Source: Crocosphaera subtropica ATCC 51142
GTDB lineage: Bacteria > Cyanobacteriota > Cyanobacteriia > Cyanobacteriales > Microcystaceae
Direction: 5' to 3'
DNA length: 32,000 nucleotides
Assembly (NCBI RefSeq): GCF_000017845.1
Contig: NC_010546.1
Coordinates: 1,500,001-1,532,000, forward strand
In this document: in pieces, positions 18,297 to 29,434 of the stretch
How positions within the stretch are numbered: position 1 is the first letter of the stretch
Layout: each line of letters begins with the position of its first letter
The notes under the pieces: model-generated
What the model saw: the letters and a program-made list of their open reading frames with translations, nothing else
Database searches by the model: none
Told to the model about the DNA's origin: nothing
Program-made: the position numbers and the translations under genes

Positions 18297-18575
18297 TTAA
18301 CCCCCTGCATTTTGTACAAAATAATTCCAAAAAGGATTAGCAAAAATTAAAATCATCGAAACAACAAAACAATAAATTGCGGTTGATTCTACTAAAGCTA
18401 AACCCACAAATAAAGTACGAGTAATCGTATTAGCTTTATCCGGTTGTTGTGCTAAAGCTCGTAAGGCATTCGCCAAGGCTAACCCTTCTCCAATAGCAGG
18501 GGCAACGGAACCAATAGCAATGGTTAATCCTGCGGTAATAATGGAAACGATACCCGTTAAACCTAGATTGTCCAT
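18297..18575 (-). CDS. atpE: N-type ATPase c subunit with Na+-type ligand set
   Basis: 92 aa hairpin. Helix 2 carries LVESTAIY (the E-S-T..Y motif). Helix 1 carries AIGEG, with Glu at the position of Gln32 in the Ilyobacter tartaricus c subunit. Confidence 0.9.
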   Translation of the reverse strand: MDNLGLTGIVSIITAGLTIAIGSVAPAIGEGLALANALRALAQQPDKANTITRTLFVGLALVESTAIYCFVVSMILIFANPFWNYFVQNAGG

Positions 18576-18613
18576 CTAAAAATCTCCTGATTTTTGTAAT
18601 GAAATCTTTTCTT

Positions 18614-19306
18614 TTATGCGTGATGATTGCCAGTTTTCCGTTGTTGAAGATTCATCCCTGATGCAATATAAACCATTGCCAGAATAGTAAAAACATAGGC
18701 TTGAATCACTCCCACTAATAAACCAAATAAGGTCATCACAGCCGGGAAAAATAAAGGAACAATGGAAATTAAAATAGCCACTAATAAACTGGTACTCATA
18801 ATATTACCAAAAAGACGAATCGCCAGAGAAACAGTGCGGGATATTTCACTGATCAAATTAAAGGGTAACATCACAGGAGTGGGTTGAATATAATGGCGCA
18901 AATAGTTAGTAATGCCGACATTTTTAATGCCATAAATAGGCACAGCAACAAATACACATAATGCTAACGCTGCTGTAGTAGAAAGAGAGCCAGCCGGCGA
19001 CTGATAAACTGGGAAAATGGTTAATAAATTGGCCATAGTAATGAATAAAAATAATGTGCCAATAAAAGGTAAAAATTGATCCGCTTTTTGTTGACTGGCA
19101 TCTCGAATTTGTTGGCGAATTTGTTCAACAATAATTTCTAAGGCAACTTGCCAACGAGATAGAGGGGGTTCGATGGATAAGTTTCTAGTAATTAGCCAAG
19201 ATCCTAACACTAAAATTAGCATTACTAACCAACTAAAAACAATAGTAGCGTTAAGATTTATCCATTGCCATTGCCAATAAATGATACTGTCAGGGGTGAT
19301 ATCCAT
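18614..19306 (-). CDS. atpB: N-type ATPase a subunit
   Basis: 230 aa polytopic protein with the conserved Arg block SLAIRLFGNIMS. Confidence 0.88.
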   Translation of the reverse strand: MDITPDSIIYWQWQWINLNATIVFSWLVMLILVLGSWLITRNLSIEPPLSRWQVALEIIVEQIRQQIRDASQQKADQFLPFIGTLFLFITMANLLTIFPVYQSPAGSLSTTAALALCVFVAVPIYGIKNVGITNYLRHYIQPTPVMLPFNLISEISRTVSLAIRLFGNIMSTSLLVAILISIVPLFFPAVMTLFGLLVGVIQAYVFTILAMVYIASGMNLQQRKTGNHHA

Positions 19307-19383
19307 ATCATGTTAAATTGCTGAATGTTTACTACAAAAGACGGCAGGAGAGCAGAAAGAAAATATATTTGTAGCTTCAATAA

Positions 19384-19680
19384 TTATTTCAAATCGGAGT
19401 TGGATAACTCAGGTTTCAAAACATTAGTTAAGACAATTCTTGCTAAGATAAATCCTCCTAAACAAATTAATATTCGTTGCCACTGTCCATCCATAATGAG
19501 ATAAAAACCAAACAGTGTCACAAAAATACGACCTAAAAAACTACCAATAAATAAACGCACTGGATAAACGGTTGTTGGCAGTTGTCGCACCGTAATCCAA
19601 AGACTACTAAAGTAAAAAGTTCCTAAAATGATGCCAAAAATAAAAGGAATTAAATTCTCTAAAATAAAGCCTATCATCAT
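19384..19680 (-). CDS. atpR: N-ATPase-specific AtpR subunit
   Basis: 98 aa with three TM segments and a membrane-embedded Arg (LWITVRQL). Its position between atpQ and atpB supports the call. Confidence 0.75.
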   Translation of the reverse strand: MMIGFILENLIPFIFGIILGTFYFSSLWITVRQLPTTVYPVRLFIGSFLGRIFVTLFGFYLIMDGQWQRILICLGGFILARIVLTNVLKPELSNSDLK

Positions 19681-19786
19681 AATTTTATCCTCATTAAGTT
19701 ATCAAATAGATAATTATTAATTTGTTAATTTGTTGTGCATTAATCATGGCTTATTTAATACTTTAGTACAAACGTAAAAACGCTTT

Positions 19787-19854
19787 CTCCCTGCTCCCTA
19801 CTCCCCACTCCCCTTCAATCTCAATTAGCAATTTAGATGCTTAATAGCTTAACC
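19787..19854. repeat. Heptamer-plus-tail repeat element inside the N-ATPase operon
   Basis: The heptamers are ctccctg ctcccta ctcccca ctcccct. A tail follows, tcaatctcaattagcaatttagatgcttaatagcttaacc, which is about 75 percent identical to 22318-22358. The element ends 2 nt from the atpQ stop codon. Confidence 0.75.
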
Positions 19855-19856
19855 TT

Positions 19857-20160
19857 TCATTCATCTTGACTCTCTCGTTGTATCCAATACCAAGCATTAA
19901 GACAGCCAATAATCACCCCCAAAAATAACATCATTAACGTCCAAGAATAGGGATCATTCAACTTAAGATCCAGCCAAACACCCACAGCAATACCAATGAG
20001 GGTAGGAATAGCCACGGACCACCCCACAATGCCAAACATACCCAAACCATACCAAATGGTGCGATCGCCTTCTTTTCGAGCAGTCATTTTGCGATTAGCT
20101 TTATCTTTCACGGCTTGTTGAAAGTTGTCTTGTCTTTTGTGATGGGTTTTTCGGGGTTCA

Positions 20161-20174
<14 letters not shown>
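19857..20174 (-). CDS. atpQ: N-ATPase-specific AtpQ (AtpZ/AtpI-like) subunit
   Basis: 105 aa with a basic N-terminus followed by two TM helices (WYGLGMFGIVGWSVAIP..). It overlaps atpC by 14 nt. Confidence 0.75.
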
Positions 20175-22012
<1,838 letters not shown>

Positions 22013-22194
22013 TTAACCAATTTTTATGACTTTTTAGTTTGGATCGTTACGGCCGAATCTTAACTTACATTCCTATCTAACAACAAGGGTTTTCTTCAGA
22101 CAGTCTCCTTAATCTTTTATTTATAATTACAACAGTTATCAGTTATCACTTTTCAGTCGTATATTTAATATAATTTCTTACTTTTTTGAAAATT

Positions 22195-22358
22195 CGGGGA
22201 GTAGGGAATACTGACTAGATTGCAGGGGAGCTACGGAGACCAGAACATGGGAGAAAGAAAATAGGAGAAAAATAAAAAATTGAGGGTTTTTCAGTATTCT
22301 CCCCCGCTCCCCGCTCCCTGCTCCCGTGCAGTCTCAACTAGAAATTTATAAGGATTAA
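22195..22358. repeat. Complex imperfect palindrome containing C-rich heptamers and a tail repeat
   Basis: The heptamers are ctcccccg ctccccg ctccctg ctcccgt (22289-22317), followed by the tail. The left part (ggggagtagggaatactga, ctagattgcaggggagc) is an inverted partner. The element ends 4 nt from the SLH gene stop codon. Confidence 0.7.
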
Positions 22359-22362
22359 CAGC

Positions 22363-23130
22363 TTAAGGCATAATGGGGATTTGTTGTTGATCAAATTGGC
22401 GATCGCGTAAGGTCCCGGGTTGGGTACGAACATAATCCGGATTGCCTGTTAAAGAGGAGTTAAAGGGGTTTACAATGTCTGGGGTGCGGATTCTTGGTCC
22501 GGCAGTTTGCTGTCTGAGGCCATCCCATAACACAGCTTCGATAGTTTTGGCATCATTGGCAATGGTGTTATCAAAGAAAGATCCTGGGGCATATCGCCAG
22601 CCAAAAATCTTATTCATTTGGCCGAACATATCGGTGTTGTCGTAAAACCGTAAGCTTTCGTTATAAAAAGCCCGATCAATAACATGGGTAAAATGTTCTC
22701 CCGGTTCTTCGGGAATGGCTTGAACGGCAGGATTGGTGTTTTGATAAGCTGCTGTTCCGAGGTTACGAGCTTCGAGTAAACGTCTTTCTAGCTGTTCCAT
22801 ACAAGCATTTAAGCCGGCTGCAAACTCATTCCGAGTGAGGGCGCGTTCCCCTCGATAGGTGCGATCGGGATAACCGACAATACAGCCATAATTCTCGACT
22901 AAATTTCTTAATGCCTGATAAGACCAATCTGTGGGAGAAACGTCCCTTAATTGTTGAATACTACTGAGTTGTTCTAAAATCGTCTGATAATCGTAATTTT
23001 GAGCAGGGAGGTTAGGGTTTGGTGTAATTTGTTGGGTTTGTTGAGCCGTTTCAGTGATGGGTTGGGCGTAAGTCCCGTTACTGACTAACACCGACCCGAC
23101 AATTAAAGCAGGTAATAAGGGTTTATACAT
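22363..23130 (-). CDS. Secreted SLH-domain protein, too short to contain an OprB-type barrel
   Basis: It has a signal peptide ending YAQP and an SLH motif (VSPTDWSYQALRNLVENYGCIVGYPDRTYRGERALTRNEFAAGL). Only about 140 residues follow. Confidence 0.7.
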   Translation of the reverse strand: MYKPLLPALIVGSVLVSNGTYAQPITETAQQTQQITPNPNLPAQNYDYQTILEQLSSIQQLRDVSPTDWSYQALRNLVENYGCIVGYPDRTYRGERALTRNEFAAGLNACMEQLERRLLEARNLGTAAYQNTNPAVQAIPEEPGEHFTHVIDRAFYNESLRFYDNTDMFGQMNKIFGWRYAPGSFFDNTIANDAKTIEAVLWDGLRQQTAGPRIRTPDIVNPFNSSLTGNPDYVRTQPGTLRDRQFDQQQIPIMP

Positions 23131-23381
23131 TCTTGTTGCATCTCCTCACAATCAATTTTTAACAAAATTAGGTCATGTTTCCTGGTTTGCTACAGTCAAT
23201 GTATCAATGGATGACCACCCGTATTTTAGCTAATTTTTCTGTTCTGGTCTGGTCTGAATATTTTCCGTCACAGCCTGTGGCAATTTTTCAGGTTCTTTTC
23301 TCGGAGGCACTCACTGATAAGATGTAGTATTTTTGTTCATTAAGTTTTATCATTACTATTGTCATCTGTGAGACTTATTTT

Positions 23382-23966
23382 ATGATTTCCGTTGCTACTG
23401 CCGATTTATCAACGTTACGCACCTATCTTTTAGAGTTATTCGTCAAATTAGCTTACCAAGAAGGAGACTTTACCCTATCTTCGGGTCAAAAAAGTAGCTA
23501 CTATATCAATGGAAAACAGGTGACGCTACAAGCAGAAGGGGCTTTAGCTATTGGTCGTTTATTATTATCGATGTTACCCTCTAATACTCAAGGGGTTGCT
23601 GGACTCACTTTGGGGGCTGATCCCATTGTTAGTGCGGTTAGTGTGGTATCTGCTTATGAAAATCGCCCCATTCCTGCTTTAATTATCCGTAAAGAAGCCA
23701 AAGGTCATGGAACCCAAGCCTATATTGAAGGTCCTACTCTCTCCCCAGGGGCAAGGGTGGTTGTCTTAGAGGATGTGGTCACCACGGGTAAGTCAGCCAT
23801 GTTGGCCGTAGAACGATTACGGGCTGTGGGTTACACTGTTAATACGATTCTTGCCCTAGTGGACAGAGAACAAGGAGGGGCTGCTTTCTACGACAGTCAA
23901 GGGTTAAATTTTCAGGCTCTCTTCTCCATTAGCGAAATACAAACTTTCTATAAGATGTCAACTTAA
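23382..23966 (+). CDS. pyrE: Orotate phosphoribosyltransferase
   Basis: 194 aa. It has FTLSSGQKSSYYINGK and the PRPP loop VVVLEDVVTTGKS. Confidence 0.92.
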   Translation: MISVATADLSTLRTYLLELFVKLAYQEGDFTLSSGQKSSYYINGKQVTLQAEGALAIGRLLLSMLPSNTQGVAGLTLGADPIVSAVSVVSAYENRPIPALIIRKEAKGHGTQAYIEGPTLSPGARVVVLEDVVTTGKSAMLAVERLRAVGYTVNTILALVDREQGGAAFYDSQGLNFQALFSISEIQTFYKMST

Positions 23967-24385
23967 ACAAAATTTTCATTATTGATTTCCCAAAATTTTT
24001 TCACAACCTTATGACTATTTTCCACAACTTTGACTAAGTTTTCCCCAAACTCATCTAACTTTTCAACAACCAAAAACCAAATCATAGACTTGTGGCAATT
24101 GATGGGGAAAAGTATTAAGTAAATGGTTGTTTAAAAAATACTAATCACTTTTTTTGCATCCTATGTTAATATACATAGGTCTGGTGTAATTCCTAGGTTC
24201 ATCAATGTGTTTACTTACGGTAATTAGGTTGTTTAAAACCCAACTTTTTGGAATACTAAATAACGTAAATAAATTACTAATCTTAAGGAAAAATCATCAG
24301 ATTACTGTTAAGTTTAAACTATGCTTTAAGAAATAAGATAATAGCTATTTTCTCCATTTTGTCGTTAGTTTTGCTAGGGAAAGAC

Positions 24386-24604
24386 ATGAAACCTCCTATT
24401 GCTCTCGAAGTTGAAATACCAGAAGAAACCTATATTTTGCTTACAGACTTTATTGAAAATAATGCCCCATTAGGCTTTAACGAAGTGGTTTCTTTAGCCG
24501 TTTCAAATTTCTTAGTTAATCAAAAAGTTCCCTTTAATTCTTGTCAATCTTATTTATCTAATATATACGACTACGCTAACGATTCAAAGGTTTTAGAACA
24601 ATGA
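24386..24604 (+). CDS. Small cyanobacterial conserved protein (DUF2811-like, from memory)
   Basis: The pattern EIPEETYILLTDFIENN..FNEVVSLAVSNFLVNQ is present. The ATG at 24386 is preferred over the TTG at 24359. Its stop codon overlaps the next start (ATGA). Confidence 0.5.
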   Translation: MKPPIALEVEIPEETYILLTDFIENNAPLGFNEVVSLAVSNFLVNQKVPFNSCQSYLSNIYDYANDSKVLEQ

Positions 24605-24816
24605 AAACAAAAAAATTAATTCCCCTTCCTTGGAAAACTAGAGAAAGAATTAAGGCTTTTTCTCAAGTCTTCCCTGATGTTCCTTTATTGGAAAATCCCA
24701 CCACAGGGGATCAATTGTCTCATGTTATTGACCGTCTTCAACCCATCGCAAAATCAGAAAGTGCTGCTTTTTCTTTATTAAGGGAATTAGATTCTTATCG
24801 GTGTTACGGTGAATAA
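24601..24816 (+). CDS. Hypothetical 71-aa protein
   Basis: It is translationally coupled on both sides. I recognise no motif. Confidence 0.4.
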   Translation: MKTKKLIPLPWKTRERIKAFSQVFPDVPLLENPTTGDQLSHVIDRLQPIAKSESAAFSLLRELDSYRCYGE

Positions 24817-25135
24817 CTCTAGGAAACCTAAACAGTCTGTTTTTACTCCAGTTAACCTTATCATTGCAGCCACTATTATCACTATTATTCTAATTATTGG
24901 CCTTGATAACCTCTTAGAAAATCCAGCCAATCGTCAGATTCGACAAACGGCAGAAAAACAACTTAGATTATTCGCCAGAGGGTATAGTCTTGATGCCATT
25001 GACTGTGAAGGAATTGATAGTAATGAGAATGGTTGGGTTAACTGTCGTGCCGACGATCGCCAAGGACAGACTGTTTACCTAGAATGTCCCTATCAGGTGA
25101 CAGATCAAGAATGTCGGTATAGAGAGAAAAATTAG
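24809..25135 (+). CDS. Hypothetical membrane-anchored protein with a 4-Cys ectodomain
   Basis: It has a GTG start overlapping the upstream stop codon, one TM helix (VNLIIAATIITIILIIGL), then C..C..C..C. Confidence 0.4.
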   Translation: MNNSRKPKQSVFTPVNLIIAATIITIILIIGLDNLLENPANRQIRQTAEKQLRLFARGYSLDAIDCEGIDSNENGWVNCRADDRQGQTVYLECPYQVTDQECRYREKN

Positions 25136-25147
25136 CTAAACTCATAT

Positions 25148-25195
25148 CTTGCCCCTTCGATTAAATTAGCGAGTTTGTAAGCCTTCTGCTGAACA
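25148..25195 (-). repeat. Dispersed intergenic repeat, copy 2
   Basis: See 9858-9900. It lies between convergent gene ends. Confidence 0.7.
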
Positions 25196-25217
25196 CTGAC
25201 TACTTACGTTATTAAGT

Positions 25218-28200
25218 TTATTTGTTCTGGTGCAAGATGTCAGTCAATTTAAGGTAAAACGTTGCCCCTTCTCCCACAACACTTTCAGCCCAAATTTGAC
25301 CGCCATGACGATGAATAATACGCTGAACAATGGAAAGGCCAATTCCTGTCCCCTCAAAGTCTTTTTGAGAGTGTAAGCGTTGAAACGCCCCGAATAGCTG
25401 ATCGGCATATTTCATATCAAAACCAACCCCATTATCAGCCACAAAAATAGTGCCATCCTCTAAACAGTTAATTTCGATTTTAATGGGATTCCGTTCCCGA
25501 CTAAACTTGATACTATTTTGTAATAAATTAATAAACACTTGTTGTAATAAAGCCATATCACCTGGGACGGTGGGTAATTGTCCGATCTCAAATTTGATCT
25601 GATCCTCCCCGGAAGAAACCATACTAATAGCAGTTTCCACCACAGCATTGATATTAACATCGTAAAAAACTAACTCCCGTCGGCCTACTCGTGACAAAGT
25701 AAGTAACCCATCAATTAAATGACCCATCTTTTCACTACTTTTTTCGATCACCTCTAAATAATGAATGACTTTGGGATCTTCTTTGGCATCAGTGTCTACA
25801 AGTCTTTGTTTTAAAGCATTCACAAAACCATGAATATGGCGTAACGGCGCACGCAGATCATGGGAAACCGAGTAACAAAAAGAGTCCAATTCTTGATTAG
25901 TGACTTCTAGTTGGGTGGTTCGTTCCATCAACACTTGTTTTGTCCTAACCAACTCTGTCATGTCACGGGAGGTTCCGAGAAGGGCATAAATCTCTCCTTG
26001 GAGATTTTGGAGAGGGACTTTATAGGTATCAAAATAGCGATCACCGTTTGGTAAAGCAATGATTTCTTCAAGATGGAGGGTTTCCCCTGAGTTAAATACT
26101 TGTTGGTTTTGTTGAACAAAATAATCCGCCATTTCAGGGCTAAAACACTCGAAAATACTTGTACCTTGTATTTGCTGATGGCTATCAAAGCCGATCCCTT
26201 GAGCAAAAACTTGGTTACAAAATAACAGTTTCATGGTGTTTCGTTCCACCACAAACACGAAGTCAGGAAGGGTATTCAACAGCATTTCGAGTTCTGCGGT
26301 GCGTTGGGCTACCCTTTCCTCTAATTCCTGATTTTGCTGTTCTAATTGTTCATTTAATCGTTTGATCTCTTGTTCTCTCTGTTTTTGTTCGGTAATATCT
26401 TCTGCTAATCCCGTGACACGAACTAAGTCCCCTGATTGATTTTTCACTGGAAACCCCCGATCTCTAATCCAGTGTAGGGTTCCATCGGGCCAAATAATGC
26501 GATAGTGATAGTCAAATCCTCCTTGAAGTAATTTTTGCAATAAATTCTTTTTAATTTGTTGGCGATCTTCAGGGTGAATGGCTTCTATCCATTGTGTCGG
26601 ATTTTTGTAGATATCCTCTGGATTGTAGCCCCAAATATCTTTACAGGCAGGACTGACATAGAGACTTTTATGATAAGTGGGATCGGTCTTAGAAAGCTCA
26701 ATCATCCAAAAAACTTCATGGATATTTTCTGCCAGTTGACGAAATTTTTGTTCACTTTCTCTTAAAGCTTCTTCTGCCTGTTTTCGTTCGCTAATGTCTC
26801 TAGAATTGGCTACAATTCCTTGTATATTAGGATTATGAAGTTGGTTACTGGCTACGGTTTCCATCCAAACATATTCATTCCTTTTCGTTTGATATCGATA
26901 CTGAACCGTAATGGTTTCTTGAGGATGATGGAGTAGATAAGAAAAAGTTTTGCCTACCCTGGTACGATCATCCGGATGAATTAAATAAAAGGTCTTTATA
27001 TCTTGCATTTCTTCAAGAGAAAAACCATGAATTTTCTCAGCAGCAGGAGAATTATAGATTAGCTGTCCTTCTCTATCGAAAATTGAAACAATATCAGAGG
27101 AATAGGTTAATAAGGCTTGTAATTTATTTTCACTGGCTTCTTTTTCTTGTTCTGCTTGTTTCCGACTCGCATCATTACGATAGGCTTTAATTAAGTTGGC
27201 ACAAGTGGTTAAAAAGGGTTGTAAGTATTCCACTAAATCGTAGTTATAACTCTCTTGAGAATTAGCCACTCCAACGATTCCCACTAACTGCTGATTATGG
27301 TAAAAAGGAAGTCCTAAAAAAGCATCCAGAAACCGATGACCTTTAGGTAAATCTCTTCCTATGGAATCCCTGTTAGGATGATTAGCAATGACCGGTTTTC
27401 CTGTGGTCATGACTGCTGTGAAGAGAGTCTTTAAATTATGAAATTCCATAGCATGGGGCGCATTTTCACTGTAAAATTCTCTCGTGGCTTCATTCCAGGT
27501 AATATTCATGAACGCATGGGTTTTGAGATAAGATTTTCCTCTTACTTTTATATGAGTTTCTTCTAGAGAATATTCCCCTTGATGACTATGACCTATTTCT
27601 GCAATAAAGCTATATTCACTATCGGTTAGGCTTAAAAGAGTTTCTAATAAGTCATTAAATAAAACATTAGGAGGTGCATCGGCAATAAATTGCGATTGTG
27701 CTAGGGTAATTCCTTGTAAAAGATCGTTACTTTTCTTGAGTTCAATTTCTGCTTTTTTTTCTTGGGTAATGTCTTCCGTAATACAAACTAAATATTCAGG
27801 GTTTTTATCCTCATCATACAGGGGAACTTTGACAGTGCGAACGGTTCTTCTGCCTTTATTATAGCTATCGATCAATTCTTCAGGAATCTTTTTAGGAACT
27901 CCTTGGGCAAACACTTCTCGGTCTTGTTGTTCATAAGAATTGGCTTGTTCTGGAGGAAATAAATCATGACCTGTTTTTCCAATAACTTGAGAAGAATTCA
28001 GTCCGACAATATCTTCACAATATTTATTAAGTAGTAAAACTTGACCAAATTTATCGGGTCTAGCATCTTTCACAAATAGAGCAACAGGTAAATAATCAAT
28101 AATCGTTTGTAAAAAAGTTTTAGATTTTTTTAAGTCTAATTCTGCTTTTTTAGTTTGAGTCATGTTACGAACAATGGCAATAATTTGCTGTTCTTTATAA

Positions 28201-29129
28201 GGTACTAATCTCGCTTCATAATGTTCTTCTCCTGTGGACATCTGTAAACTATATTCTAGGGAAACCAAAGTATTGTGTTTAAGGGTATCAGCTATGGCTT
28301 TTTCTACTTTTTTGCTGACCGTAGGAGGTAAAATTTCTGTGAGAGGTTTTTGTAAGAAAATTTCTGGAGAAACATAAAGAAGAGAATTGGCTGAACTTTT
28401 ATAGTCTATAATAGTGCCATCAGCTTTTACTCGAAAAAATAAGTCAGGAATAACATTAAAAATAGCTTCCAATTCTTCTTGATTTTCTCTTAACTCTTTT
28501 TGAACTTTTTTGATTGTTGTAATATCTCTTCCCTCAAAGAGTAAAAAAACAATATCTCCTGCTTCGTCTTTTACAGGTTTTAGAGAAAAATCAACATTAT
28601 TGTTTTGACCATTACTATCAAGATATGTGGTTTCAAACCGAATATTTTCCCCTTGTTTTGCTTCTAGAATAGCTGTTTTTATTTGTGTTTGTAATTCAGA
28701 TGAATCTCCCCACCAAGGATTTTCCCAAAAAAGTGTCTCCCTAATTTCATCTACTTTCAAACCCATAGAATTTAAAGCCGTTAGATTAACTTCGACTAAT
28801 CTTCCTTCTAAATCTAATAAGCCGATAAGTTCAAAGGTTTGATGAAAAATAGCTCTAAATTTTGCTTCTCTTTTTTTGCGTTTTGTGATTTCTTCTGCTA
28901 GTTCAGTTTTAAGCTGTTTTAAGGCAAGCGATCGCCTAATAATTACCAAGAGGACAAGTAGGATGATCATCAGACTGAATAGACAACTAATGATTAAATA
29001 GCTGCTCTCATTTATATATCCATCTAAATAAAATGATAGAGTCTTTAATAAAGCAAAAAAAGATTTCATCCGTAAATGGTTCCAAGTAATCATAAAATCT
29101 AGTAATCGTATTTCATTCATGATACACAT
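25218..29129 (-). CDS. Membrane-anchored multi-PAS/GAF sensor histidine kinase
   Basis: It has an N-terminal TM helix, several PAS/PAC-like repeats separated by coiled-coil linkers, and a GAF-like block (LGLPFYHNQQLVGIVGVAN). It also has the H-box SVSHDLRAPL and the N/G boxes NLLQNSIKF, DNGVGFD and GTGIGLSIV. The exact start codon is uncertain (29129, 29120 or 29069). Confidence 0.88.
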   Translation of the reverse strand: MCIMNEIRLLDFMITWNHLRMKSFFALLKTLSFYLDGYINESSYLIISCLFSLMIILLVLLVIIRRSLALKQLKTELAEEITKRKKREAKFRAIFHQTFELIGLLDLEGRLVEVNLTALNSMGLKVDEIRETLFWENPWWGDSSELQTQIKTAILEAKQGENIRFETTYLDSNGQNNNVDFSLKPVKDEAGDIVFLLFEGRDITTIKKVQKELRENQEELEAIFNVIPDLFFRVKADGTIIDYKSSANSLLYVSPEIFLQKPLTEILPPTVSKKVEKAIADTLKHNTLVSLEYSLQMSTGEEHYEARLVPYKEQQIIAIVRNMTQTKKAELDLKKSKTFLQTIIDYLPVALFVKDARPDKFGQVLLLNKYCEDIVGLNSSQVIGKTGHDLFPPEQANSYEQQDREVFAQGVPKKIPEELIDSYNKGRRTVRTVKVPLYDEDKNPEYLVCITEDITQEKKAEIELKKSNDLLQGITLAQSQFIADAPPNVLFNDLLETLLSLTDSEYSFIAEIGHSHQGEYSLEETHIKVRGKSYLKTHAFMNITWNEATREFYSENAPHAMEFHNLKTLFTAVMTTGKPVIANHPNRDSIGRDLPKGHRFLDAFLGLPFYHNQQLVGIVGVANSQESYNYDLVEYLQPFLTTCANLIKAYRNDASRKQAEQEKEASENKLQALLTYSSDIVSIFDREGQLIYNSPAAEKIHGFSLEEMQDIKTFYLIHPDDRTRVGKTFSYLLHHPQETITVQYRYQTKRNEYVWMETVASNQLHNPNIQGIVANSRDISERKQAEEALRESEQKFRQLAENIHEVFWMIELSKTDPTYHKSLYVSPACKDIWGYNPEDIYKNPTQWIEAIHPEDRQQIKKNLLQKLLQGGFDYHYRIIWPDGTLHWIRDRGFPVKNQSGDLVRVTGLAEDITEQKQREQEIKRLNEQLEQQNQELEERVAQRTAELEMLLNTLPDFVFVVERNTMKLLFCNQVFAQGIGFDSHQQIQGTSIFECFSPEMADYFVQQNQQVFNSGETLHLEEIIALPNGDRYFDTYKVPLQNLQGEIYALLGTSRDMTELVRTKQVLMERTTQLEVTNQELDSFCYSVSHDLRAPLRHIHGFVNALKQRLVDTDAKEDPKVIHYLEVIEKSSEKMGHLIDGLLTLSRVGRRELVFYDVNINAVVETAISMVSSGEDQIKFEIGQLPTVPGDMALLQQVFINLLQNSIKFSRERNPIKIEINCLEDGTIFVADNGVGFDMKYADQLFGAFQRLHSQKDFEGTGIGLSIVQRIIHRHGGQIWAESVVGEGATFYLKLTDILHQNK

Positions 29130-29434
29130 ATTTAAGGGACAAGCAACCGTAAATTTAACAGATTATTTTGTGCTGATTAACCAATAAGAAGTTAGAATTT
29201 CTCCAATCCCAAAAATCCACAATTATTTTGAATAGCTGGTCAATCGTAAAACTTCGGATATTAATTTTTTTGTTTATTTTAATATAATTAATTTAACTGA
29301 AACATAGGCTATCGGTGATCGAAATCACAGTTAATTTTATTCTTTTAACAGTTCAATAGAAGAGAGTTTTAAGTTTTTTTTAAGGTCTTAAAATTTTCTA
29401 TTTATTTTATTTAACTGTTAGACCCTATCGCACT

